A stretch of DNA of 64,000 nt from Rickettsia typhi. GTDB taxonomy: Bacteria > Pseudomonadota > Alphaproteobacteria > Rickettsiales > UBA1997. Each line of letters begins with the position of its first letter. The stretch's first letter is position 1. The notes under the pieces are model-generated. The model was given only the letters and a program-made list of their open reading frames with translations, was not told the origin of the DNA and did not search any database. This document shows, one piece after another, positions 29,207 to 38,709 of this stretch. The position numbers were made by a program, and so were the translations under genes. The stretch covers positions 16,864-80,863 of the forward strand of contig CAMAYG010000007.1 in assembly GCA_945862535.1 (NCBI GenBank), in the 5' to 3' direction.

Positions 29207-30903
29207 TTATTTTTTGTTACCTTGAATTGAATTTGAGTCTCGTAGTATTTTTTGCTAAAGTCGATATCCCTAGGTAATTCGCGGTTCGTTATCTCGAAAT
29301 CGACAAATTCTTTTTTAACATTTTGGGTAAAACCATCAAAATTTTTAAACAATTCTTCTACGTCCCCTGTTTTATTAAATAAAGTGCCATAAAATGCCAA
29401 ATTATAATTATCGACTTTTCGAGGATTTTTCTGCTCTAACATTGGTTTTTCATATAAAAATCCCGTAATATTAACATCGAACTTATTCAAAATCTCAAGT
29501 TTCTTATAGATCTCCATATGGTGATAAGGCTCGACCCCAAGGGCTTCGTAAAGCTTGCCAATATCGATAATTTTCTCCACGGTAATCTTAGATTCGGCAA
29601 TTTTATCTTGACCATCGTCTTCTGGAGTCAATTGCTGATTATCTACATCTTCTAGCTTCTCCTTAAGGGCATTTTTATTGATATTTACTAGCTTATTGCT
29701 TAGTAAAAATTTTTCTTCCGACACCTTGTCTAGAGTATCTAATAACTCAAAATCGCTAATAACTGCATATGCCACAAAACACAACAGACCAACCAAAAAA
29801 ACTAGATTAAAAATTTTACTAACTTTAATTATTGCAACAAGACGATCGACTATTTTCATTTTAGCATTAACAAATCTTATCGACAATTTACGGCCAGCAA
29901 AAAGTGCTGTAAATAGCGAGTCACAGAGGCTCTCGCTAGAATCTTTATATTGCTTAAAATTAAGCTCTTTAGCAAATTCTGGTAGCAAAAAATATTTGAT
30001 CTCAAAATCAGAATCTTTATCTTGCCTTAAATTCTCTAATATTTCACTAGAAAATATTGCCACAACCATAAAATTTTCGTAGAGAATATTGGGATAAATT
30101 CTTTTTAAATATTCAAAAGATCGATAAATGTCTTTATTAAATTTATGGGCGAAATCTTTATCCGCTATTTTGTAGTCAACAATTCTAGTAAAAATTAAAC
30201 CAAATTCCGATGAAATAAGGAATCTTAACCCTCCAGCCTGTGTAGCAAATACAAGGCACTGGAAACCTCTTTTACTCAGGCTTTGACTTAAGATGTTTTT
30301 ATTTGCCAAAACCTCTTGGGCGTTTTTGCCCTTCAGGAGTTTTTTACTATCTTTAACTTCTTTTGCTAATTGTGCTTTAAAAAATTTGCTGTAATTATTA
30401 GAATATATCTTCTCGATCTCAACAGGAACAAGATATAATCCCGCTAGATAATTTGGCATTTCTAGAATTATATTTAACAAATTTTCTAGCTCTTTTGAAA
30501 CACTAAGGGAAGTAAAAATTATATCGAAAGACTGTTTTTTGATAGTTAATTTTGTGCTTTGTTGCTTGCCATAGCTACTATTAGGAACTTTAAAAATTTC
30601 GTATTTTCTTAGCAGTGCCTTGTTTGGGTTGCTATTAATTTCTTTTTCGGCCAGATTAATTATATCGCTTTTATTGCTTGCGCTATAGTTTTTTCTGTGA
30701 AATGTAGATTCGCCATCATCAACCAGAATCGAAATATTCGCTGAGCGATTTTTTAGGCACAGCTTTTCTATTTGCTTTTTATTATCTTCATTTAGTTGAG
30801 AAAACGAGATTTTACTTAGCAAATTCTTACCCCGATACAGAAAAAAAGTTATTCCGCCATTGCCGAAGGTTATCAAAAATTGCTTTGCAGAAAAAATAGA
30901 CAA
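29203..30903 (-). CDS. PilM/GspL-like actin-fold domain fused to a TM helix and periplasmic domain (PilM-PilN-like)
   Basis: Two RNaseH-like starts (ITFGNGGITFFLY... and CLVFATQAGGLRFLISSEFGLIFTR), one TM helix (IFNLVFLVGLLCFVAYAVI), and a ~180-aa C-terminal domain. Confidence 0.4.
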   Translation of the reverse strand: MSIFSAKQFLITFGNGGITFFLYRGKNLLSKISFSQLNEDNKKQIEKLCLKNRSANISILVDDGESTFHRKNYSASNKSDIINLAEKEINSNPNKALLRKYEIFKVPNSSYGKQQSTKLTIKKQSFDIIFTSLSVSKELENLLNIILEMPNYLAGLYLVPVEIEKIYSNNYSKFFKAQLAKEVKDSKKLLKGKNAQEVLANKNILSQSLSKRGFQCLVFATQAGGLRFLISSEFGLIFTRIVDYKIADKDFAHKFNKDIYRSFEYLKRIYPNILYENFMVVAIFSSEILENLRQDKDSDFEIKYFLLPEFAKELNFKQYKDSSESLCDSLFTALFAGRKLSIRFVNAKMKIVDRLVAIIKVSKIFNLVFLVGLLCFVAYAVISDFELLDTLDKVSEEKFLLSNKLVNINKNALKEKLEDVDNQQLTPEDDGQDKIAESKITVEKIIDIGKLYEALGVEPYHHMEIYKKLEILNKFDVNITGFLYEKPMLEQKNPRKVDNYNLAFYGTLFNKTGDVEELFKNFDGFTQNVKKEFVDFEITNRELPRDIDFSKKYYETQIQFKVTKNK

Positions 30904-31185
30904 ATTAATTATAAATTTTGATTAACAATAACATTAATTGTGGATTAACAATTACTAAAAACTAACAAGATAAAAAATAAAAACAACTTGATTTTATCGA
31001 TTTTGCATCTAAAAACAATTTATAACAAAATATTGTTATAATAAAAATTTTTTAAAAAAACAAAGCCTTGTGTTATAAGGCTTAAGCCTTTCTGAAAACA
31101 GACAAAGTTAGCATTTGATAACTTGCCTATCTTTAAAAATAGGAGGCCGTGTTATGGAATCTAATTTAGCAATGCTTATTTTTCA

Positions 31186-31671
31186 ATGATCTACGGAAAC
31201 GGAATTGACATAGTCTCAATCGACAGAATTGCCAAAATCTACAACCATTTTGGCGATATTTTTGTAAATAAAATTCTCACAAATTCCGAATTTACAACAC
31301 TAAAACAACATAAAAACTATGAAAAACAAGGCATTGTAAACCAAGATTGGATGGTTAATTTTTTAGCCAAAAGATTTGCGGCAAAAGAGGCTACAGCCAA
31401 GGCTTTGGGCACTGGTATTGGCGGTTGTTTTTCTTTCCAAGATATTGAGGTGTTTTCAAATAACAGCGGAAAGCCAATATTAATCATCAATCACGATAAA
31501 TTGACATCTTTCCTTGCTCAATCAAGCGATATTTCTAACTTTAAGGCAAAAATGACAATTCCGCAGGCAATAATTTGGCAGGATTTCCGCTTTCATCTAT
31601 CAATTAGCGACGAAACAAAGATAGACAAAGGTTTTGCAATTGCAAATGTAATTGCCGAGATTATCATCTAA
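31186..31671 (+). CDS. acpS: Holo-[acyl-carrier-protein] synthase
   Basis: GNGIDIVSIDRI, FAAKEATAKALGTGIG and DIEVFSNNSGKP, with an internal insertion. Confidence 0.8.
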   Translation: MIYGNGIDIVSIDRIAKIYNHFGDIFVNKILTNSEFTTLKQHKNYEKQGIVNQDWMVNFLAKRFAAKEATAKALGTGIGGCFSFQDIEVFSNNSGKPILIINHDKLTSFLAQSSDISNFKAKMTIPQAIIWQDFRFHLSISDETKIDKGFAIANVIAEIII

Positions 31672-31717
31672 AACAGAAAAGGTTTTAAGAGCCTTATTTT
31701 AATCAAGTATTTTTACA

Positions 31718-32827
31718 ATGGACCAACAAAATAAGTCAGACACAAAAATTGCCGTTATCGGCACTGGTAGCTGGGGCACGGCAATTGCCAATCTAATAGC
31801 ACAGAAACAAAAGGTAACAATATTTGGTCGCAATAACTCGACAATAGACGAAATTAATCAAGCACGATCTAATCAAAAATATCTACCAAATATTCGGCTT
31901 TCTAGCAATATTACTGCGACAACAAATTATGCCTTAATCGGGGGTTTCGATTTAATATTTATCGCTGTGCCAGTTGCTTCATTCTGCGAAACACTAGAAT
32001 CATTATCGCAAAATTTATTGCCCGAGATAAAACAAAACTCAATAGTAATTTGTAGCAAAGGCATCACTAATTACGAATCTGGCAATCCAATGTTTTTAAG
32101 CGAAATCGTTCAGGCAAAACTACCAAAAGCAAATCTTGCCATATTAAGCGGGCCGAATTTTGCTCTGGAAGTGGCTTTAGGTAAATTTACCATCACTACA
32201 ATCGCAAGCGACAACGACGAATTTGCTAATAAAGTTGCCATTATTCTTAATCAACAAAATTTTTGCTGTGAAATTAGCAACCAAATGCTCTCTTGCGAAC
32301 TTTTTGCTACAATTAAGAATATTCTGGCAATAGCCTGCGGAATTGTCGACGGCATGAATCTTGGCGAAAATTTTAAAGCGGCAGTTGTTGCCTGTGGCAT
32401 AAAGGAGCTAGCAAAGATTTCTGCAATATTTTTTTCTAGAAAAAACGATGTTAAATTGCCATTTGAGCCTAGCAACCTTCATAATAACAATATTTTTAGC
32501 ATTTTTAGTGCCGGATTTGGCGATATATTTCTTACCTGCTCTTCAACCACTTCCCGCAACTATCTCTTAGGAAAAAATATTGCTAATTTTGGCTTAAAAA
32601 CCAGTTTATACCAAGAAACTCGCCAATTTGCAAATTTTAATAGTCACTGCGAGGGCATAAATTCTACTAAGCAACTATTAAACCTGCTACAAATTCGCTA
32701 TATTCATATCGACTTCGGCAGTGAAATACCGCTAATCAGCACTGTTAATAAAATAATTGACAACCAAATTAGTAATCAGAAAATAATAGAACAGCTGACC
32801 AATGCCATTAAAAAAGATTTTAGTTAA
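31718..32827 (+). CDS. gpsA: NAD(P)H-dependent glycerol-3-phosphate dehydrogenase
   Basis: IAVIGTGSWGTAIA, NQKYLPN, SKGI, LSGPNFALEV and KNILAIACGI. Confidence 0.85.
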   Translation: MDQQNKSDTKIAVIGTGSWGTAIANLIAQKQKVTIFGRNNSTIDEINQARSNQKYLPNIRLSSNITATTNYALIGGFDLIFIAVPVASFCETLESLSQNLLPEIKQNSIVICSKGITNYESGNPMFLSEIVQAKLPKANLAILSGPNFALEVALGKFTITTIASDNDEFANKVAIILNQQNFCCEISNQMLSCELFATIKNILAIACGIVDGMNLGENFKAAVVACGIKELAKISAIFFSRKNDVKLPFEPSNLHNNNIFSIFSAGFGDIFLTCSSTTSRNYLLGKNIANFGLKTSLYQETRQFANFNSHCEGINSTKQLLNLLQIRYIHIDFGSEIPLISTVNKIIDNQISNQKIIEQLTNAIKKDFS

Positions 32828-32845
32828 AAATAAATTTAATCAAAA

Positions 32846-34135
32846 ATGAACCAACCTACTCAAATTATTTATCAAAAATTTTTGGTAAATTTTAATAAAA
32901 TATTCGACAGCTCAAGTTTTTATTGGCAATCTGTAATTATATGCATCTGCCTAATTACTGCCTATCTTGGCTATTTATTTATTATTTCTCGTATTTTTCC
33001 AAAAATAATTGAAAAATCTAAGAATAACGAAATATCAGACATCATTAATCATCACCTTGCTCCAATACTCTACCAGATTCTATCAATTATTCATCTAATT
33101 ATCGCCTTGGCAATTTATCGACAATTCGCTGGGAATGACTTAATTTTTCTTATCACCTTAAAACTTATAACTCTTTTTCTTTTCTTGAAACTGCTACGGT
33201 TAGCCGCAGATAGTTCGGTCATTCCAAATATTGTTGGCTTTATTCTTTTACCAGCAATGGTTTTAGATATTTTTGGTGCCTTTAAGCCAATTAGTATCTA
33301 TCTCGATAGCTATGCCCTAGAAATTGGTAAATTCAAGATTTCACTTTATCTATTTTTAAAGGCTTTAATCGTGTTGCTAATAGTTTTTCTCTTGCTTAAC
33401 ATTAGCAGAAAGAAGCTTAAAAAAATTCTTAAAAATTCTGATAATCTTAATTTAGCCTCGCAAAATATTGCCATTAAATTCATTGATATCGCATTTTATC
33501 TTTTGCTTGCCATTATCACTTTACAAACTATTGGCATAGACATTACCACTCTTGCAGTTTTAGGCGGAGCAATTGGTGTTGGTATTGGTTTGGGGTTGCA
33601 GAAAATTGCATCAAATTTTATTGGCGGAATTATCTTATTAATGGAAAAATCAATGGAAATTGGCGATTTGATTGAAATCGAAAATGGCAAAATATTTGGT
33701 ACAATTAAGGAATTTGCTGGCAGATACACAATTATCGAAGCCTTTGACGGCAAAGAAATTATTGTTCCCAATGAAGATTTGATCACTAATAAAATTACTA
33801 ACTGGACATATAGTAGCAACAGGGCCAGAATCGAAATTAACATTGGTGTTAGCTATAAATCTAATTTAAAATTAGTTCAGCAACTAATGACTGAAGCGGC
33901 ACAAACAAGCAATAAATGCTTAAAACACCCCGAAGTAGAGTGCTATTTAACAGAATTCGCCGAATATGATGTTAAATTTATTCTTTATTTTTGGATTGAA
34001 GACATTTTGCAAGGTCGCAACATTGCTAAAAGCGAGGTATTATTTAATATTTGGCAACTTTTTGCAAAACACGATATTGAAATACCTTTGCCACAAAGAG
34101 AAATAACCCTTTTTAATCAACAATCAACCAACTAA
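32846..34135 (+). CDS. Mechanosensitive ion channel, MscS family
   Basis: Multiple N-terminal TM helices, then LGGAIGVGIGLGLQKIASNFIGGIILLMEK...GDLIE and VPNEDLITNKITNW. Confidence 0.8.
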   Translation: MNQPTQIIYQKFLVNFNKIFDSSSFYWQSVIICICLITAYLGYLFIISRIFPKIIEKSKNNEISDIINHHLAPILYQILSIIHLIIALAIYRQFAGNDLIFLITLKLITLFLFLKLLRLAADSSVIPNIVGFILLPAMVLDIFGAFKPISIYLDSYALEIGKFKISLYLFLKALIVLLIVFLLLNISRKKLKKILKNSDNLNLASQNIAIKFIDIAFYLLLAIITLQTIGIDITTLAVLGGAIGVGIGLGLQKIASNFIGGIILLMEKSMEIGDLIEIENGKIFGTIKEFAGRYTIIEAFDGKEIIVPNEDLITNKITNWTYSSNRARIEINIGVSYKSNLKLVQQLMTEAAQTSNKCLKHPEVECYLTEFAEYDVKFILYFWIEDILQGRNIAKSEVLFNIWQLFAKHDIEIPLPQREITLFNQQSTN

Positions 34136-34136
34136 T

Positions 34137-34928
34137 ATGACACAATTTTCAACCGTTATCCAGGAAGAGGTAAATAAATTTAGCCGCATTGCCAAAGAAT
34201 GGTGGGATCCGAACGGCAAATTTAAACCATTGCATCAATTTAATCCAATTAGAATCTTATATTTACAAGAACGAATTAATAGCTATTTCTTCAACATTAA
34301 CAGTAATTTAGCGGTTAAGGAGCAGTGGCAAAAGCTTAAAATCCTCGATCTTGGCTGTGGTGGCGGTTTAGTTGCCGAGGCAATGGCAAGAAATGGGGCT
34401 CAAGTTGTGGCAATTGATGCCAGCGAAAAAAATATCGAGGTGGCAAAAACTCATCTGCAAGAATCTTCGCCAGATTTAAATATTAATTATCAAAATTTAA
34501 GCATCGAAGAATTTGTTAGCCTTTATCCAGAAGAAAAGTTCGACATTATTCTTGCCTTAGAAATAATTGAGCATGTCGATAATCAAGAAATATTTATTCA
34601 ATATTGCCAACAGGCACTGAAAAGCAAAGATTCTATATCGTTAAACAAGGGTGGAGGTCTGTTATTTATTGCCACAATTAACCGTAATATCAAATCTTTA
34701 TTAACCGCAAAATTCGCTGCCGAATATTTATTGCGATGGCTCCCAATCGGCACCCACCAATGGCATAAATTTCTTAAACCAAGCGAGATAAACAGCTTTG
34801 CTAGCCGTTATTATTTACAACTGAACGAGATTTGTGGCTTTAAATATTGCTTATTAAAGCAAAAATGGGGGAAGTCGCCCAAAGATTCGAGCATTAATTA
34901 CATTATAGACTTCTGCTCTAAACAATAA
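34137..34928 (+). CDS. ubiG: Ubiquinone biosynthesis O-methyltransferase
   Basis: WWDPNGKFKPLHQFNP, ILDLGCGGGLVAE and LEIIEHV. Confidence 0.85.
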   Translation: MTQFSTVIQEEVNKFSRIAKEWWDPNGKFKPLHQFNPIRILYLQERINSYFFNINSNLAVKEQWQKLKILDLGCGGGLVAEAMARNGAQVVAIDASEKNIEVAKTHLQESSPDLNINYQNLSIEEFVSLYPEEKFDIILALEIIEHVDNQEIFIQYCQQALKSKDSISLNKGGGLLFIATINRNIKSLLTAKFAAEYLLRWLPIGTHQWHKFLKPSEINSFASRYYLQLNEICGFKYCLLKQKWGKSPKDSSINYIIDFCSKQ

Positions 34929-35021
34929 ATCGCATCTTGACTATTTGCATAAAAACCCTAGATTTACCAATAAATTCAAATTCTTTCAACAAATTTTTAT
35001 AATTGAATACTCACAATAACT

Positions 35022-35780
35022 ATGGCCGGACATTCGCAATTTGCCAATATTAAGCATCGCAAAGGAGCTCAAGATGCAAAAAAGGCAAAATTATTTACTA
35101 AAATTCTTCGTGAAATTACTGTTGCCACAAAAAACGGACAACCAGACCCAAATTTTAACCCAAGACTCAGAAATGCTATTATCGAGGCACGAAATAACAA
35201 TATGCCAAAAGATAAGGTTGAAACAGCAATTAAAAAGGTGACTAGTGGCAATGACAATAATAATTTCGAAGAGATACGATACGAAGGCTATGGCATTGGC
35301 GGTGTTGCAGTAATAGTCGAGGCACTAACCGACAACCGTAATCGCACCGCAAGTGAAGTGCGAAGTATTTTTACAAAAAATGGTGGTAGCCTAGGCGAAA
35401 CTGGTTCCGTAGGCTTTATGTTCGAAAAAATTGGCTATATCGAATTTGCCAATAACAATATTGCCATTACAACATTGCTCGAAACCTCGATAAATCTAGA
35501 GGCTCAAGATATTATCGAAGGAGAAGAATCGACAATTATCATTACCAGCCCAGAACTTTTCATTAACATTCGCGACAAATTAACCGAAGAATTTGGCGAC
35601 CCGCTATCGGCAAAACTTCACTGGCAAGCAAAAAACCACAGCGAAATAGATTACGAACAAGCAAAAACGATAATCAAAATGATAGATTCTCTAGAAGATT
35701 GCGACGATGTCCAAAATGTTGTGACTAACTATCAATTAAGCAAAGAAAACATCAAAAAGCTTAATCAGGAGATTGATTAA
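35022..35780 (+). CDS. yebC: YebC/PmpR-family transcriptional regulator
   Basis: MAGHSQFANIKHRKGAQDAKKAKLFTK and YEGYGIGGVAVIVEALTDNRNRTASEVR. Confidence 0.9.
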   Translation: MAGHSQFANIKHRKGAQDAKKAKLFTKILREITVATKNGQPDPNFNPRLRNAIIEARNNNMPKDKVETAIKKVTSGNDNNNFEEIRYEGYGIGGVAVIVEALTDNRNRTASEVRSIFTKNGGSLGETGSVGFMFEKIGYIEFANNNIAITTLLETSINLEAQDIIEGEESTIIITSPELFINIRDKLTEEFGDPLSAKLHWQAKNHSEIDYEQAKTIIKMIDSLEDCDDVQNVVTNYQLSKENIKKLNQEID

Positions 35781-35827
35781 TTAAGCGATATCAAATTAAA
35801 TAATAAATTTACCAATTATAACTTAAT

Positions 35828-35900
35828 TTGCCAATATATTTGGCAATGCCGAAGCCGATCTTAATTATAAATTTGTTATATTGATAATTAAGATCGGGCT
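35828..35900. terminator. Two hairpins between convergent genes (candidate bidirectional terminator)
   Basis: ttgccaa-tatat-ttggcaa has a 7-bp stem. agccgatcttaatta...taattaagatcgggct has a ~15-bp stem with one bulge. They lie between the yebC stop (35780) and the stop of the minus-strand gene (35907). Confidence 0.5.
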
Positions 35901-35906
35901 TAAGTC

Positions 35907-36764
35907 TTAGCGAACAATATATTTCTTATTGGAATTTGCTACTTGATTTGTAACCCTATTTCTAGGAGTGTCCTCGACAATCTGCAAGTTAACTTGTTGA
36001 TTACTAACTGCTTCATTATCATTACTAAATTGAGGCAATGCTACTGGTTGGCTAGGTGCTCCTGATTGGCTAGGTGGTTGAGGCAATGCTCCTGATTGGT
36101 TAGGTTGAGCACTTTCAACTCCCTGCGCTGCACCTGGCCTTTCTTTACAATATTTGACACATGTTGCTACTCCTACAATAACTGCTGAAAATGCCATAAT
36201 TCCTCCAACAGCTGCTGCACCGATAATTACATTCTTTATATTTTCCTTGGCTTCTAAATCTTTTTCGCTGTTAAAATTATTATCTCTATTAATCTTTACG
36301 AAATCACCGCCAACATCAAGAAACCAAGCCTTATCAATATCTGAGGTATTTTTTAAAGTAATAGTGTTATAAGATTTTTTTTGATTGTCTAATACTGCAA
36401 TAATCAAATCATTTCCTTTTTTAGCAATATTAAGATGTTCAAAATTAATGCCATTACCGCCACTAATTTTCATTGTTTTAGGGTCAAAATTCTCTATCAC
36501 TTGCGAATTTTCGCCCCAACCAAGATTGTATTTTTGAGGCTCGGCTATGACTTGAGATTCTTCTAAGTTTTCTTCTTTGCTAATTATATGGCTACTCCAG
36601 TCATATGAATCTTGAGACGGAAGCGATGTTAACGTTGTATTATTTAGTATTATCTTATCCTGAATAGCGCTTGGTGCTATTGAGAAGTCTGTTTGAGAGT
36701 TATTTGCATTGGCTTTGTTAAGTGCAGTAGCTGCCCCTAACGTTAGTAATATCAATTTTTTCAT
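35907..36764 (-). CDS. Signal-peptide protein with one W..ENFDP..module, a TM anchor and a Pro/Gln-rich tail (paralog of the island proteins)
   Basis: LGWGENSQVIENFDPKTMKISGGNGINFEHLNIAKKGNDLIIAVL matches the module in the 47572-50790 and 46020-47558 proteins. TM helix VIIGAAAVGGIMAFSAVIVGVATCV. Tail QPNQSGALPQPPSQSGAPSQP. Confidence 0.4.
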   Translation of the reverse strand: MKKLILLTLGAATALNKANANNSQTDFSIAPSAIQDKIILNNTTLTSLPSQDSYDWSSHIISKEENLEESQVIAEPQKYNLGWGENSQVIENFDPKTMKISGGNGINFEHLNIAKKGNDLIIAVLDNQKKSYNTITLKNTSDIDKAWFLDVGGDFVKINRDNNFNSEKDLEAKENIKNVIIGAAAVGGIMAFSAVIVGVATCVKYCKERPGAAQGVESAQPNQSGALPQPPSQSGAPSQPVALPQFSNDNEAVSNQQVNLQIVEDTPRNRVTNQVANSNKKYIVR

Positions 36765-36792
36765 TTTATTTAATATTGTTTAATAAGGATAT

Positions 36793-36827
36793 AATGTTAA
36801 TATTTTTAATATAAAAATATTAACATT
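36793..36827. promoter_or_regulatory. Perfect 15-bp-arm AT-rich palindrome (candidate operator or weak terminator)
   Basis: aatgttaatattttt-aatat-aaaaatattaacatt, 29-63 nt upstream of the 35907-36764 gene start and downstream of the znuA stop. The half-site ATGTTA resembles Zur/Fur-type boxes. Confidence 0.3.
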
Positions 36828-36951
36828 AATAATTGATATAATTACTAATATGTCAATATAAATTTATACTTTTTATGATAAAATGAATAATTATGTTGAT
36901 TTTATTGTACTGAGGTAAAATAAAGTTTCAAAAATATTTATTTATCTGCAA

Positions 36952-37884
36952 TTAATAACATTGCTGTGCCATATTTTTCATAATAAAATAAATGCCTTGG
37001 TGATACTTATTGCCAAATTCTATATTAGGTCTTTTCCACAGATTGTCGATTATTACCAGCTGAAGATTTTGACTATTGGCAATTTTACCCGCATCTTTTA
37101 TTTTATTAACTTCATCGACAATTAAGCATTTTGCCAATTGGCGATTTTTTAAGGCATATAACTGCCCCAAAGCTTTAGAGCTTACGGCATCTTCGTGATC
37201 GTCTTTTAAAATGACTGCTGGTTGTAATTTAAAAAAATCTTCGAAATATCGGAATCCATTATGAAAAAAGATATATTTACCACTAATATGCACCCGATCT
37301 AATGTTTTATTAGCTTCGGCGATTAATTTTTTATGTTCTTTCAAAAACTTTACTAGTTTTTCTTGATATTTATTACGATTCTTAGGATCGCTCTTTATCA
37401 GATCGGCAACAAGATAATTAGCGACAACCACAGCATTATCTGGGCTCAGCCATAAATGCCAATCGTTATCGTTATTATAAAAGTTTTTTAATATTTTTAT
37501 TTGTGGTAAATTTTCAATATAAATTTGCTTGACTTGGCTATTTCTAAGGATTTTATTAATAGGGCTACGACCATTTTGGTTAATTGTTACAACAATAGTT
37601 GCACCTTCTATTTGTTTTAGATCGTAGGCATTAAAATGCTGATGATGATCGTGGCTACCGCCAATAACTGCAACCTGATCTTCGCTAATGGTAATTGATT
37701 TTGCTATTGCCGCTAATGGCTCTAGATTAGTTATAATCTTTGGTAAATGTTGCTGTGACAAATTATTTACTTGTGTCGAAGCAAATAAATATTTGCCGTT
37801 AGAAAAAGTTTTTATTGAAAATAATAGCAATATTAAACAAAATATTTTAATGTTTTTTGTAGTTTTATAATTATTTTTTAGCAT
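36952..37884 (-). CDS. znuA: Zinc ABC transporter substrate-binding protein ZnuA-like
   Basis: Cluster-9 metal SBP pattern with a His-rich stretch (GGSHDHHQHFNAYD) and FFHNGFRYFE. I place the start at the ATG of MLKNNYKTTKNIKIFCLILLLF (signal peptide), which removes the tracked overlap with znuC. Confidence 0.75.
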   Translation of the reverse strand: MLKNNYKTTKNIKIFCLILLLFSIKTFSNGKYLFASTQVNNLSQQHLPKIITNLEPLAAIAKSITISEDQVAVIGGSHDHHQHFNAYDLKQIEGATIVVTINQNGRSPINKILRNSQVKQIYIENLPQIKILKNFYNNDNDWHLWLSPDNAVVVANYLVADLIKSDPKNRNKYQEKLVKFLKEHKKLIAEANKTLDRVHISGKYIFFHNGFRYFEDFFKLQPAVILKDDHEDAVSSKALGQLYALKNRQLAKCLIVDEVNKIKDAGKIANSQNLQLVIIDNLWKRPNIEFGNKYHQGIYFIMKNMAQQCY

Positions 37885-37959
37885 TTTGCTGTTGTAATTT
37901 TGTAATAACCTATCACAATATGGGCCGGTAAAAAGGGCTGGTAAAAATTTAAATCGACT

Positions 37960-38709
37960 ATGACTAACATCTCTCAACTTCAAAATCAAACTGGCAATAA
38001 CAACCTTACTAGCAAAAATGCCTTAATAATCGCTAATAATCTTGGCTTAGAAATCGCCAATAAAGTAATTCTTAGCAATATTAGCCTCAAGATAGAAACG
38101 GCAGAAATTACCACAATTATTGGGCCAAATGGCGGTGGCAAAACCTCTCTGCTCAGAATGTTGCTAGGCTTAACCAATTCTAGCTCTGGTAATTTATGGA
38201 CCAAGCCTAAAATTAGCATCGGCTATATGCCCCAGAAACTAAGTCTCGAAAAAACCATTCCGCTTAAAGCCATAGACCTGCTTTGCTTATTAAGTAACAA
38301 AAGCATTGCCCGGCTAAAGTCTCACAAACTTTTTCATAAATTAACCAAAAAGCTAAAAATAGAATCTCTGCTTAACAATTCGGTTCATCAGCTCTCTGGG
38401 GGGCAAATGCAAAAGCTAATCTTAATTCAGGCAATTATTAGTGGCAAAGATTTATTAATTCTCGATGAGCCGACTCAATGCCTCGATGTAGATGCTATAG
38501 AAAGTTTTTATCAAATTATTGGCGAATTAAGGCAAGATTTTGGCTTGTCAATTGTTTTGGTATCTCACGATTTGCATTCTGTAATGAGTAAAAGCGATGT
38601 GGTAATTTGCATTAATCAACATATTTGCTGTGCAGGAAGTGCCGAAGCGGTAAATCGCCATCCTGCATATTTAACATTATTCTCTCACCAACATCATCAC
38701 AAACACTAA
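37960..38709 (+). CDS. znuC: Zinc ABC transporter ATP-binding protein ZnuC-like
   Basis: Walker A GPNGGGKTSLL, signature LSGGQMQK, Walker B LLILDEP, H-loop VSHD, and a His-rich C-terminus. Confidence 0.8.
   Translation: MTNISQLQNQTGNNNLTSKNALIIANNLGLEIANKVILSNISLKIETAEITTIIGPNGGGKTSLLRMLLGLTNSSSGNLWTKPKISIGYMPQKLSLEKTIPLKAIDLLCLLSNKSIARLKSHKLFHKLTKKLKIESLLNNSVHQLSGGQMQKLILIQAIISGKDLLILDEPTQCLDVDAIESFYQIIGELRQDFGLSIVLVSHDLHSVMSKSDVVICINQHICCAGSAEAVNRHPAYLTLFSHQHHHKH

Noticed and set aside
37885-37989. Thirty-nt overlap of divergent znuA and znuC, and similar 5' overlaps for fabG (39460-39528) and the recombinase-like ORF (41378-41464).
   Set aside because: In each case an in-frame ATG further downstream gives a sensible N-terminus (a signal peptide, a Rossmann start, or stop/start coupling) and removes the overlap. 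The long versions are artefacts of taking the most upstream start.
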